Notes: generated by a model from the sequence alone, not told the origin. A DNA stretch of 32,000 nucleotides from Candidatus Saccharimonadota bacterium (GCA_001029695.1 CP011211.1:570001-602000); one strand, 5' to 3'; shown: positions 1-9,351, counted from the stretch's first letter. A program made the numbers and translations.

Positions 1-588
1 ATTAAACAGTGACGTATCGGGTTGGAATCTCCGGCCATTCGATAGCACCCCCAAATCTACAGCATCAAATCCCATATCGTTAATAAGTAACTCGACTTTA
101 GCCTTAGCATCCGCGTCATTACCTGCAAGCGCAATCGCTCTTCGGCCAGGACTAGCCTCCGGAAGACTATGTTGCTCTAGCTCGTTATACGCCACATGAT
201 TCAAGGTCTTTACTATCCTTGCGCCAGGTAGGTATTGCTCGATATATTCGCTTGAAGTGACTTCTTGGTTCATGAACTCAGGGATCTCACCTTCTGTTGG
301 TGGCCAGTAATTCATCGCGTCTATAACTATCTTTCCCTTCAATAACTGAACGGGGAGTGACTTGTATTGATTGAGTGGCAATGCGAGCACGATACTATCG
401 CTCTGAAGAATCGCCTCATCTACCGTTGTAGCAATCACGCCAGGAAGTAGCACTTTGACAATCAACGACAAGCTCTCTGGTCCACGAGAGTTTGCGAGGC
501 GCACCACATACCCTGCCGCTGACGCTTGTCTTGCAATTGCCGTTCCTAAACGTCCCGATCCTATAATACCTAGTGATGGCTTACTCAC
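1..588 (-). CDS. NAD(P)-binding oxidoreductase, NADPH-dependent F420 reductase (NpdG)-like; C-terminus runs off the left window edge
   Basis: Not in the ORF track because it is truncated. My own minus-strand translation from GTG at 588-586 reads VSKPSLGIIGSGRLGTAIARQASAAGYVVRLANSRGPESL...VIDAMNYWPP...NHVAYNELEQ...AIALAGNDADAKAKVELLINDMGFDAVDLG, with no stop before position 1. The N-terminal Rossmann GxGxxG and the AGxDxxAK...GFxxVDxG tail are typical of the F420-oxidoreductase/ProC-like NADP-binding family. The GTG overlaps the upstream gene's stop (GTGAGTAA). Confidence 0.7.
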   Translation of the reverse strand, partial: MSKPSLGIIGSGRLGTAIARQASAAGYVVRLANSRGPESLSLIVKVLLPGVIATTVDEAILQSDSIVLALPLNQYKSLPVQLLKGKIVIDAMNYWPPTEGEIPEFMNQEVTSSEYIEQYLPGARIVKTLNHVAYNELEQHSLPEASPGRRAIALAGNDADAKAKVELLINDMGFDAVDLGVLSNGRRFQPDTSLFN

Positions 589-1621
589 TTTTCAAGGCCT
601 CCCTCACCATCGGAGCAACTTTCGTACCGAGCAGCTCGATAGACCTGAGGAATTTATCGTGCGGAAGCTGACCGGTGTCCATCTGAAAGATATGGCGACT
701 ATGACCAATCTTTTTATGTAGAGCAATGATACGTTCAGTAATCTCCTCAGGGCTTCCCGCAAATAATGCTCCGTCAACATTTGACTCGCTATCGTAATGC
801 TGGCGTGTGGGTGCGGCAAATCCACGAACCCTACCTAGTGTTGTCATCGTCCAACTCCACGACTTCCAGAACGTGTCTTTTGCATCTTTTGCGTCCTCTG
901 CGATATAGCCTGGTGTCGCAATTGCAACTCGAGTATCTGCATGCGACACATCATACTGACGTGACGCCTCCCGATAAAGATCAATTAGTGGGGCAAACCG
1001 TGAAACATGGCCACCAATAATCGCATACGTAATTGGCATACCAAGCGAAGCTGCTCGAATAGATGATTCCGGATTTCCTCCGGTAGCCAGCCAGATGTCC
1101 ATAGGTTTTTTAGGACGTGGGACAATTTCTATATCATTAAGCGCTGGACGAAACTGCCCATCCCACGTCACCTTACCGTCTTTGCTTGCGTTAATTTGAA
1201 GTAACAACTCAAGCTTTTCAGCATACAAGCGGTCATAGTCTCGAAGATCATATCCAAAAAGCGGAAATGACTCGGTAGATGACCCACGCCCAGCGATGAT
1301 CTCCACCCGATCGCCCGAAACGATATCAGCTGTCGCGAACTGCTGATACACCCGCACTGGATCTTCCGTGCTCAACACCGTTACAGCACTCGTTAATTTT
1401 ATGTTTTTTGTCGTCGCTGCCGCTGCAGCGAGGATTGTCGCCGGTGAAGACGCTGGAAAATATTCAGTATGATGCTCGCCGACCCCAAACACATCCAACC
1501 CCACTTCATCGGCTAACTGGATCGCTTCGAGTAAGTTTGTTACCGACTCGTGCGTCGGACCTAGCTTTCCCACCTTTCTTTGTACATCTCCAAAACTAAA
1601 TACACCTAATTCCATCGTCAT
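581..1621 (-). CDS. LLM-class (luciferase-like) flavin-dependent oxidoreductase
   Basis: 346-aa ORF. The sequence FSFGDV...LLEAIQLADEVGLDVFGVGEHHTEYF...LSTEDPVRVYQQFATADIVSGDRVEIIAGRGS...FGYDLRDYDRLYAEKLELL is a typical TIM-barrel luciferase-like monooxygenase pattern. Confidence 0.85.
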   Translation of the reverse strand: MTMELGVFSFGDVQRKVGKLGPTHESVTNLLEAIQLADEVGLDVFGVGEHHTEYFPASSPATILAAAAATTKNIKLTSAVTVLSTEDPVRVYQQFATADIVSGDRVEIIAGRGSSTESFPLFGYDLRDYDRLYAEKLELLLQINASKDGKVTWDGQFRPALNDIEIVPRPKKPMDIWLATGGNPESSIRAASLGMPITYAIIGGHVSRFAPLIDLYREASRQYDVSHADTRVAIATPGYIAEDAKDAKDTFWKSWSWTMTTLGRVRGFAAPTRQHYDSESNVDGALFAGSPEEITERIIALHKKIGHSRHIFQMDTGQLPHDKFLRSIELLGTKVAPMVREALKSE

Positions 1622-1686
1622 CTCTTTTCTATAATTTACTATAATTAGTATAGCAAATATGACGATAAACCTCTACTACACATATA

Positions 1687-1718
1687 ATTACTCCCTAGCG
1701 ACTAAGCTAGGGAGTAAT
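1687..1718 (-). terminator. 13-bp stem hairpin downstream of the MFS gene (possible terminator, weak U-tract)
   Basis: attactccctagc (1687-1699) pairs with gctagggagtaat (1706-1718) around a 6-nt loop. It sits between the MFS stop (1756) and the LLM start (1621). The flanks are AT-rich, but there is no clean T-run. Confidence 0.4.
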
Positions 1719-1755
1719 TATAATTCAGTATTGAGTGTTTACTGAGCCAGAAAGA

Positions 1756-3342
1756 TTATAGCGTATCGCTATCTTTGTCTTGATGCTTCGGAAGTCCGAC
1801 AAACGCAATGATCGAGCAAGTAAAAATAATCCCTGCCGCGACAAGCGACGCCGTAGAAAGGCCGTCCATCCATGCATCTTTTGCGGCAATCGTCACCGTG
1901 TCAGTCAGCGGACCCAGCTGTCCTGCGACTTGCAGCGCCACTGCGAGTGAACTCTCAAGACCGTCTTTCACCGCTCCGCTAAATGCGCTCGCCGTCTCTG
2001 CAATATTCTTTTCGTAGACAGAACTCAGTACCGCACCAAGAACCGCCACGCCAAGCGCGCCACCAAGCTCTCTCGTAGTGTCATTCATCGCCGAACCCAT
2101 ACCTGAACGGTTGCGAGGCACTGACGCCATCAAGATGTTTGTACCAGGCGTCATCGCTGCGGATATTCCAAGCATCATGATAATCATCACTGAAAATAGA
2201 TTCCAGTAGTTCATGTCTTTCGTCCAAAATGACATAAGAACAAACGCTACCGCCGTCAAAAACAAGCCGACCGCGATCGTATTTCGTGCACCGAACTTTT
2301 TAACTATGTTTGGGATAAACGGAGAAAGGAACATCATCGGCAACATTAGCGGCACCATCAAAAGTGATGACTCTAGTGCCGTATACCCGAGAATAAGCTG
2401 CATCAACTGACTCATTGAGAAGAAGACGCCAGACATCGCTAAAAATGTCAGTGTCAGCGTCAAACTTGAGATCGAAAAAGCTCGGTTTTTAAATAGCTTC
2501 ATATCGAGAGTCGGTGATTTTATGCGCAGTTGCCATAGTACAAACAACACCAACGCGATAAGCCCACCAATCAAACCAATCAAGACACCCATCTCACCCA
2601 AGCCCTTCGAAGGCGCTTCAGTCACCGCATAAACAATGCCGAATATACCGAGGGCAGAAAATACGCCACCCAACCAGTCGACTGGCGCCTCTTCTTCGTC
2701 TTTAGATTCGTGTGACAAGATGTGATTAGCAACAAGTCCAATAACTGCAATCGCAGCACTAAAGTAAAACAGTGAATGCCACGTAAAGTACTCGAGCAAG
2801 ATTCCACTGACAATCGAGCCGATCATCATACCGATACCCGCTACAGCACCCCAAATAGCTACAGCACGTGCTCGTTCACCTTTAGGGAAAGTATTGTTGA
2901 TAATCGAGAGTGTCGTTGGCATTACGAACGCGCCACCAATACCCATGACAACACGTGCAATAATAAGCTCCGTTCCAGTTTGTGCTATAAATCCAGCGTA
3001 GAGTGAACCAACCGTAAATACGCCAAGTCCAATCTGCATCGCTAACTTTCTTCCGTAACGATCTCCGATAGCACCTGCCATAAACAACAGACTTGCAAAG
3101 ACAAGCGTATAGACATTTACTACCCAAGTCATCTCTAGTTGACCGAGTTTGAGATCTGTTGCCATTAGCGGTAGCGCCATATTGAGACTACTGTTTGCGA
3201 GCATCACGCCAAGTAGCGTCAAACAGAGCGCAACAAGTGTCCACCAGCGACGAGCATATACTTGCGGATCAATACCCTCAAGGTCAACCGGCGTCTTCTC
3301 TTTTGGTGATTTCTTTTTTGACATTCTTAATTTACGTAGCAT
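1756..3342 (-). CDS. MFS transporter, DHA2 (EmrB/QacA-like, about 14 TMS) family
   Basis: 528-aa, highly hydrophobic ORF with many predicted helices. It carries the MFS motif region AGAIGDRYGRKLAMQIGLGVFTVGSLYAGF. Its length and helix count fit the 14-TMS drug:H+ antiporter subfamily. Confidence 0.85.
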   Translation of the reverse strand: MLRKLRMSKKKSPKEKTPVDLEGIDPQVYARRWWTLVALCLTLLGVMLANSSLNMALPLMATDLKLGQLEMTWVVNVYTLVFASLLFMAGAIGDRYGRKLAMQIGLGVFTVGSLYAGFIAQTGTELIIARVVMGIGGAFVMPTTLSIINNTFPKGERARAVAIWGAVAGIGMMIGSIVSGILLEYFTWHSLFYFSAAIAVIGLVANHILSHESKDEEEAPVDWLGGVFSALGIFGIVYAVTEAPSKGLGEMGVLIGLIGGLIALVLFVLWQLRIKSPTLDMKLFKNRAFSISSLTLTLTFLAMSGVFFSMSQLMQLILGYTALESSLLMVPLMLPMMFLSPFIPNIVKKFGARNTIAVGLFLTAVAFVLMSFWTKDMNYWNLFSVMIIMMLGISAAMTPGTNILMASVPRNRSGMGSAMNDTTRELGGALGVAVLGAVLSSVYEKNIAETASAFSGAVKDGLESSLAVALQVAGQLGPLTDTVTIAAKDAWMDGLSTASLVAAGIIFTCSIIAFVGLPKHQDKDSDTL

Positions 3343-3492
3343 GTGGCTCCTTTTATTTCTGTATGAATTGAGAGTTCTCGAACTGTACTTTCAAGAATAG
3401 TCCGTATAATTATAGGTACGATTACTCCGGATGTCAATCATGCAGCCCTTTTGTTCCATTCGCACTACGTCGCATGATGCTATGATAGTACT

Positions 3493-3759
3493 ATGAAGAT
3501 ACATGAGATTCTCGGCGGAACCGTCCACGCCATGCCTGCAGATTTGCAAAAAGCACTCACTTCTCATAGCGAGGCTTTAGCGGCGTGGAATGACATTACA
3601 CCACTTGCTCGCAATGAATGGATTTGCTGGGTAGAAGGGGCGAAACTCATCGAAACACGCGAGCGACGTATCGAGAGAGCTCATACAGAACTTACAGAAG
3701 GTAAGCGTCGACCATGCTGCTGGCCTGGCTGCATTCACCGTACTCGAAACGGTAAATAA
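3493..3759 (+). CDS. YdeI/OmpD-associated family small protein
   Basis: 88-aa ORF. The segment ALAAWNDITPLARNEWICWVEGAKLIETRERRIERAHTEL matches the C-terminal signature of YdeI-type proteins (W...AK..eTR.rRi). A strong hairpin follows immediately. Confidence 0.6.
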   Translation: MKIHEILGGTVHAMPADLQKALTSHSEALAAWNDITPLARNEWICWVEGAKLIETRERRIERAHTELTEGKRRPCCWPGCIHRTRNGK

Positions 3760-3761
3760 AT

Positions 3762-3796
3762 AAAAGCGAGCCACTATTGGCTCGCTTTTATTTATT
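3762..3796. terminator. Bidirectional intrinsic terminator between convergent genes
   Basis: aaaagcgagcc (3762-3772) pairs with ggctcgctttt (3779-3789) around a 6-nt loop. An A-tract lies upstream and a T-tract (ttttatttattt) downstream, so it can terminate both the plus-strand YdeI gene and the minus-strand surface operon. Confidence 0.8.
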
Positions 3797-3812
3797 TAGA
3801 GACTACTTTGTA

Positions 3813-4808
3813 CTATAGCTTCTTCAATCCGCCACTGCGGCGATTATGGCTACGTAGAACACGCTTCTTGCGATTTCGTACCACTAGCCAGATACCACCA
3901 GCGATGAGAGCAATCAGAAGTATAAGAATCACAACAGCAGCAATAATCGCTATCTGCGGAACAACCCAAAATGATCTTGTCACTTCAACCGTTTGATTAC
4001 TTTTTCCATATGTGAAAGTTGCACTTACTGTATAGTTACCAAAGCTACCGATATTCTTTAGCGGCACTTCCCAGCGTCGTGCACTGTCAGTCAGTACCAT
4101 GTCTCGCTGGTCTTTATTATTAAAGTCAGCTTCGTAAACTACTTTATTGCCTTGCTTGACAGTGATTTTTCCGAATGGACCAAGCTGAATACCGCCCTTG
4201 TTCTGAAATCTAAATGCAGCCTGAAGGTCATTCGAACTTGTAAAGTATCCACTTGACTTACCATTTTGCTGAATATTGAACTCAGTAAGATCTAGCTTCT
4301 CTACGACATCGCCAGGAACTGTCAAAAGAATCAACGAAGCAACACTTGCACTAAGGTTTACCTGGCCTCCGTCATCAGGGCTTGTTGGAGCAAATCGAAC
4401 TGCACCATAATAACCGCCCGGTTGCGCATCCTCTGGGACACTGATTTCAACATCAACCACCTTCGCTTGACCACCTGGAATCGTAACATCTGCAAGTGGG
4501 GTCATAAATCGCTTCAAGCTGTGTGTTGGCGCATATTTATTCTCATCTAAGATCAGCCCTGGTGTTCCGTTTTCATCAGCAGAAACAAAGTCATTTTCTA
4601 CAGGACGAACCGTGATTGGTGATTTCGTTAAGTTCGTAACCACAGTCTGTACTTTTTTTGTCTCACCAGCTTGAATAGTTACGTCCGTACGAACTGGTGA
4701 AACCTTGAGAGTATTAGCTGTATTAGTCTGAGCAAATGATGCCTGTGTACCTAGTAGCGATACAGCTAATGCAGCAGTTGCTACTATTATCGCTATAGTC
4801 AGCTTCAT
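3813..4808 (-). CDS. Cell-surface protein, DUF916/DUF3324 (WxL-interacting protein)-like, C-terminal TM anchor
   Basis: The ORF track gives 3813..4871. I prefer the ATG at 4808 (MKLTIAIIVATAALAVSLLGTQASFAQ, a clean signal peptide), which is preceded by caggaaaat. The protein is beta-rich, with VVDVEISVPEDAQPGGYYGAVRF and GNYTVSATFTYG...SFWVVP. It ends in a TM helix plus a basic tail (VRNRKKRVLRSHNRR). Size (about 330-350 aa) and architecture match the DUF916+DUF3324 proteins of Gram-positive WxL/Csc loci. It is a paralog of 7108..8169. Confidence 0.7.
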   Translation of the reverse strand: MKLTIAIIVATAALAVSLLGTQASFAQTNTANTLKVSPVRTDVTIQAGETKKVQTVVTNLTKSPITVRPVENDFVSADENGTPGLILDENKYAPTHSLKRFMTPLADVTIPGGQAKVVDVEISVPEDAQPGGYYGAVRFAPTSPDDGGQVNLSASVASLILLTVPGDVVEKLDLTEFNIQQNGKSSGYFTSSNDLQAAFRFQNKGGIQLGPFGKITVKQGNKVVYEADFNNKDQRDMVLTDSARRWEVPLKNIGSFGNYTVSATFTYGKSNQTVEVTRSFWVVPQIAIIAAVVILILLIALIAGGIWLVVRNRKKRVLRSHNRRSGGLKKL

Positions 4809-4889
4809 ATTTTCCTGAAAGTATCGCTTAACTGATATGATATTTTCTCGGTCTGAATAATTATTCTTCATAGTTCAACCAAGATAGAA

Positions 4890-6026
4890 TTAGAATTTAC
4901 CAGTTGCAATAAGTCGAAGGTCAGTTGAATAAAGACCCGCTGGTGTATTTTGATTCACACTTGCGCCAAATGTAAGCTGCATATTCTTACCGTTCACTGG
5001 TGCATTTTCCGTATCAAGGAAAGGATCGCCAAAAGTACTCGTTACTCCAGTCTGATTATCTTGTGCGAAGTTTAGTGCGTACGCAGAATCACTATATCCG
5101 GAACCTGGGAATATTCGGAGATTTCCAATCGGGCTTGTACCGGTATCGGCTAGTGCTGTTGCTGTAACACCAAACTTAGCTTGTCCAAGAGCAACACCTG
5201 TTTGTAGTGCTGGAGCGATATCACAGGTAGTCAAACCTACTCGATTCATACCGCCACATGGCGTATTGCTCTTTAGACTAACAACTGCACCGTTTACTGC
5301 ATTCGTAGAGATTTGAGTAAATATATTACCCGTACTAACTGTACTTGCATTCAATGCAAGCGTATCACTGCCCTCACTAACAGGCTCACCAAGCTTTAGC
5401 ACTGGTGGATTGGCAGCGGCATCTCCACAATTCGCCGTAATGGTTTTGCTTGCTACGCAGAAAACCATACTCTCAAGTACCGCACCAGACACACCAACTG
5501 TCTCAGTGATTGACATAGCTACGCCGCCTTGATCAACAACATCAGGTCCAAGAACGGTAGATGCGTATGCCTGTGCGCTAGTATTGTTCGAATATGTGAC
5601 AATACGCGCATACAGTGGTCCGGCGGCAGTCGGATTATCAATACCCGTTAACTCGACGTCTATAACGTCATTTGCTGCTATAGACTTAGTAATAACCAGT
5701 TTAGTTGCTGTTTGAGCAAGAATCGCGTACCCGCTATCATCAGTCTCCGCCGTGTCAGACTTGAATCCAACTGGAGCGTCACATATTTGGCCTATAGCAG
5801 GACTATTGCTACAAAAATCTAATACAAATGATGTAGCAGCTGCAGCTGCAGTAAACTTGACTTTATATGTTACGTTTTTTGCACTCTTCGATGAGCTGCT
5901 CAGTGCGACCGATCGTTCTGTCACCTGTGCAGCACCAACAAATGTCGGTAATGTAAATGCAAGTAGCAGTGCCATAGCCATAGCAAAATAGCCAACACGA
6001 CGATCTAGTAATTTAATAGAATTCAT
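4890..6026 (-). CDS. Secreted beta-rich surface protein, degenerate WxL-like C-terminal domain (paralog family member 1)
   Basis: 378 aa. GGGAGAG RBS upstream and a signal peptide (AFTLPTFVGAAQV). It shares an N-terminal module with 8226 and 9422 (ERSVALSSS...TYKVKF...FCSNSPAIGQICDAP). The C-terminus reads AKFGV...NTPAGLYSTDLRLIATGKF. Confidence 0.7.
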   Translation of the reverse strand: MNSIKLLDRRVGYFAMAMALLLAFTLPTFVGAAQVTERSVALSSSSKSAKNVTYKVKFTAAAAATSFVLDFCSNSPAIGQICDAPVGFKSDTAETDDSGYAILAQTATKLVITKSIAANDVIDVELTGIDNPTAAGPLYARIVTYSNNTSAQAYASTVLGPDVVDQGGVAMSITETVGVSGAVLESMVFCVASKTITANCGDAAANPPVLKLGEPVSEGSDTLALNASTVSTGNIFTQISTNAVNGAVVSLKSNTPCGGMNRVGLTTCDIAPALQTGVALGQAKFGVTATALADTGTSPIGNLRIFPGSGYSDSAYALNFAQDNQTGVTSTFGDPFLDTENAPVNGKNMQLTFGASVNQNTPAGLYSTDLRLIATGKF

Positions 6027-6128
6027 TCTAATCTCTCCCTTTTTATTTCCTCAACACCCTATTTTGGACTCAGTGTACCACAACACTACTTATGCTTGTC
6101 AATACTTTTTTACAATAAGCGGTATCTA

Positions 6129-7055
6129 CTAGCTAGCTTTGTAGTTTTCATGCTCTTTTAGCATCTTGTTACGAAGTGAGACGAGCTGACTACGCCTGCC
6201 TAGCCAGTACGCTGGTAGTAGTAACACTAGAGCTACAAGCGCTGGCACCCATAATATCTTTGTTGTCGCGCCTGTCTCTTTTTTCGTATCTGTAGATCCA
6301 GCAGCAGTACTATCTACTTTTCCACTCGCCAGAGCGATGACCTGCAGGAATGCACTTACACCGTTTACGTCAGTCACTTTTATATTTACCTGGTATATAC
6401 CAGCCTTTTTATAGGTATGTGCAATCGTCACTACACCGCTAAGCGCCTGGCTCTTCAGCTCCGTCGGCGTACCGTCACCCCAATCTATACTAAATGCGTA
6501 CGGTCCAGTGCCACCAGATAACTGCAATGGCCAGCTAAGCTGACTACTTGCCGGGGCAGAGCGACGACCATATGAGCTTGTAAGCGTAATAAGCGCACCA
6601 AATGCCGTGAACCTTGTATCGGTATAATTTACCGTGACGATATTTGAAGTAGGACCGGGCTGATCTAGCTCGTCATATACGATCGCGCTTAGCTCGTTTA
6701 CTCCGGCAAATAAACTCACCTGCAGACTAAAGCTCCCATTTGCACACATAACGGAGCCGACCATCACGCCATTGTTATATATCTGCACCAACAGCCCATT
6801 TGGACATATACCATTGACCGTGATCGGTGACGATGCGGAGGATGACCCATTTCCAGGTGTCGTAATTGTTGCTCCTTGCGTAGGTGGCGCCTGTGTTTTC
6901 GTAGCTTCAAGTCCGTACGACCCTGGCTTAGGGTTTGGTTCGGGGATTTTGTTGATTGCCGACGCAGGCCGCACAAAAACAAAGAGCGCCAGTAGACACA
7001 TACCGATCGTAATCGGTAGTATCCACTGTGCGCTAAAACGAATCTTATGTACCAT
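6129..7055 (-). CDS. Membrane-anchored surface protein with bacterial Ig-like and PKD domains
   Basis: 308 aa with an N-terminal signal/TM. Ig-like stretch: ITVNGICPNGLLVQIYNNGVMVGSVMCANGSFSLQVSLFAGVNELSAIVYDELDQPG. PKD signature: GGTGPYAFSIDWGDGTPTE...HTYKKAGIYQVNIKVTDVNG. C-terminal TM (ILWVPALVALVLLLPAYWL) plus a basic tail. Confidence 0.75.
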   Translation of the reverse strand: MVHKIRFSAQWILPITIGMCLLALFVFVRPASAINKIPEPNPKPGSYGLEATKTQAPPTQGATITTPGNGSSSASSPITVNGICPNGLLVQIYNNGVMVGSVMCANGSFSLQVSLFAGVNELSAIVYDELDQPGPTSNIVTVNYTDTRFTAFGALITLTSSYGRRSAPASSQLSWPLQLSGGTGPYAFSIDWGDGTPTELKSQALSGVVTIAHTYKKAGIYQVNIKVTDVNGVSAFLQVIALASGKVDSTAAGSTDTKKETGATTKILWVPALVALVLLLPAYWLGRRSQLVSLRNKMLKEHENYKAS

Positions 7056-7107
7056 GCTTGTGCTTATTGTAGCGTGCTAAGGCCTGTTATAAAAGGGATC
7101 GATGTTA

Positions 7108-8169
7108 TTATTTTTTGCGTGACAACTTTTTAGGTCGAGCACCTTGTGGTGTGCGGTTTCGCACTTTTCGAACAATCATCCATATACCAAACGCGATGGC
7201 TGTGACAAGGACGATAAGGACGCTAATAAACCATAGAGGCATATACCAGAACGAAGCAACTCCATTAATCTCTTTAGTGTTATTGCCGTTTTGTCCATAA
7301 AAGAGGTTAAGTGTGGCTGTATAGTAGCCAGGCCATAAGCCTGGGGAGACACAATCCTTTGATTCAGATTTTGTTCCATTAAAATCGACTTCTTGCGCCT
7401 TTAGCTCAATACATGCCGTGTAGGTTCGTGTCTGTCCTATAAGAGCCAGTGACTTATTAGGGTTTACGTTAGAGATAACCCTCTCTCGTCCAAAGATATC
7501 TTTTACAGTGATGGATCCGACCGGTGCTTCTGTCACATTACCATTGTTTTTTAATGTATACGCCATATTACGTGGTTCGTCCATAGTGAAGGAAGTATAC
7601 GCTGATTTTTTATCTTTTGCGGATGATGAGTAGGCGCCAAACTTCTCAAGCTTAAGATCTTCGTTTACTTTACCAGGAATTGAGACAAATGCTAATGTGA
7701 CCCCGGACGCGTTGAGACCAACGTTGCCGCCGTCTGGTGAGCCCGATGAATAGACAATTGCACTATAGTAACTACCAGCACCATGGCCAGCAGGTATATC
7801 AATATTCATATCGATAGTTTTGCTAGACTTAGCTGGAATATTTACAGTCTTGGGTATTTTTATAAAAGGCTTAAGAGACCATGTAGTCTGGGGTTCATCT
7901 TCGGCAAGCAGTAGTTTTGGAGTGCCGCCATCGTCAGTGTACGTAAAATCAACAACACGAAGAGTTAAGTCGAGCGGCTTACTGTTGTCGAGGTTACGAA
8001 TTGTTAATTTATCTTTCGCAGACTTACCTGCTTCGATTGTATAATTCCTTTTCGGTACAATGCTCAGCGACGCTGATGATTGTGCTGCAACTGGAAATGC
8101 CGGTGCAACAAATGCAGCAGTCACAGCTAAGGCTATAGCGGCTATAAAAAAGCTATTAAAGCGTTTCAT
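7108..8169 (-). CDS. Cell-surface protein, DUF916/DUF3324 (WxL-interacting protein)-like, C-terminal TM anchor (paralog of 3813..4808)
   Basis: 353 aa. Signal peptide AFPVAAQSSASLSIVP. Contains IDMNIDIPAGHGAGSYYSAIVY and PGYYTATLNLFYG...SFWYMP. C-terminal TM plus the basic tail VRKVRNRTPQGARPKKLSRKK. GAGGGA RBS upstream. Confidence 0.7.
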   Translation of the reverse strand: MKRFNSFFIAAIALAVTAAFVAPAFPVAAQSSASLSIVPKRNYTIEAGKSAKDKLTIRNLDNSKPLDLTLRVVDFTYTDDGGTPKLLLAEDEPQTTWSLKPFIKIPKTVNIPAKSSKTIDMNIDIPAGHGAGSYYSAIVYSSGSPDGGNVGLNASGVTLAFVSIPGKVNEDLKLEKFGAYSSSAKDKKSAYTSFTMDEPRNMAYTLKNNGNVTEAPVGSITVKDIFGRERVISNVNPNKSLALIGQTRTYTACIELKAQEVDFNGTKSESKDCVSPGLWPGYYTATLNLFYGQNGNNTKEINGVASFWYMPLWFISVLIVLVTAIAFGIWMIVRKVRNRTPQGARPKKLSRKK

Positions 8170-8225
8170 TATTTTATGTTTCCCTCACGTTATTTTACTT
8201 TTTAAGTATAAGCTGTATTGTACCA

Positions 8226-9302
8226 CTAAAAGCGACCGCTTGCTATGTACGTAATCGTTGTACTATATACACCAGCTCGCAGATCTTTGTGTGAGTTTAC
8301 TATGTAACTTATCGTGAACTTCTTCATCAGGCTAACATTCGGTGAATACGCTACAACATCCCCAGATACGTACTTATACTTGTTCGCAATACCATATTCA
8401 GGCGTAGTTACTGCATTTGCCCAAGTACCCTCTGGGTCCTTACCTACTGCAGGTGCGGTATTTGCAACCAGGTTTAACCCAAATTGATTACTTCCTAGCC
8501 TACTTTCCGTCGGCACAGCTGGCGAGTCGATCACACTCGTACCAGCACTCATCGGTATGCCGTTTGCTGTAATTGCGAAACCGCCACTAGCATTTGTACC
8601 AACAGACATTTGTGACTGAGCAAGGAGTGTTGACTGCGGACTCAACTGCCCCATATCTGTATAATTATTCTCATTGGTCTCAGCACAGTTATCGGCTACT
8701 TCTTCCGCTACGCAAAATATCAACATAGGAGGCACTTGAGTTGCAATAGCGATCCCGTCAGTTACCTGACCCTTCACCGAGCCAAAATCAATCTGTGGCC
8801 CAGTAGCATTGGTTGTCGAGTGACTCCTGAGACGAATTGAAAATGACTTACTAGTATCCGTAGGGTTTACTACACCCTCAAACGTATACGATGACCCACT
8901 TACGCCGACCATTCCTGGAGGTCGGGTCAGGACAATATGGTTGGTGGATTTAGATAAGATCGAGTATCCAACTTCACCAGTCTGGCTAGTAAGCGTTGCA
9001 TTTGAAACATCCAGACCCGCAGGTGTTTCGCAGTCATGGTACGGTATTGGGTCATTACAAAACAATAAATCCACTGAGCCAACCGTTAGTGGGCTCATGT
9101 ATCGAAATGACACAGTATATGACGTTGTCTCACCCGGAGCAGTACTGTTCATATATAGACCTCGCTCTTGAAACCGCATAGCAGCAGACGCCGGTACAGC
9201 AAAAATAAAGACCGCAAGAAGCAAAGAAAGCAATGGCTCTGACCGCAATATATGGTGCCAATTGAAACTATGGGCATGATACCGAAACAACTTATGCTGC
9301 AT
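8226..9302 (-). CDS. Secreted beta-rich surface protein, degenerate WxL-like C-terminal domain (paralog family member 2)
   Basis: 358 aa with a hydrophobic signal region (LLSLLLAVFIFAVPASA). Shared N-terminal module: ERGLYMNS...SYTVSF...FCNDPIPYHDCETP. Also contains LIFCVAEEVADNC. C-terminus: NQFGLNLVANTAP...YKYVSGDVVAY...AGVYSTTITYIASGRF. The exact start is uncertain (unusual His-rich N-terminus, no obvious RBS). Confidence 0.7.
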   Translation of the reverse strand: MQHKLFRYHAHSFNWHHILRSEPLLSLLLAVFIFAVPASAAMRFQERGLYMNSTAPGETTSYTVSFRYMSPLTVGSVDLLFCNDPIPYHDCETPAGLDVSNATLTSQTGEVGYSILSKSTNHIVLTRPPGMVGVSGSSYTFEGVVNPTDTSKSFSIRLRSHSTTNATGPQIDFGSVKGQVTDGIAIATQVPPMLIFCVAEEVADNCAETNENNYTDMGQLSPQSTLLAQSQMSVGTNASGGFAITANGIPMSAGTSVIDSPAVPTESRLGSNQFGLNLVANTAPAVGKDPEGTWANAVTTPEYGIANKYKYVSGDVVAYSPNVSLMKKFTISYIVNSHKDLRAGVYSTTITYIASGRF

Positions 9303-9351
9303 AGCTGTTATTGTAGCAGATGAAGTGCACTACTGATATGCATTGAGGCAT

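Noticed and set aside
455-1020. Plus-strand ORFs 455..721 and 766..1020
   Set aside because: They overlap the well-supported minus-strand NpdG-like and LLM genes, and their translations show no recognisable features.
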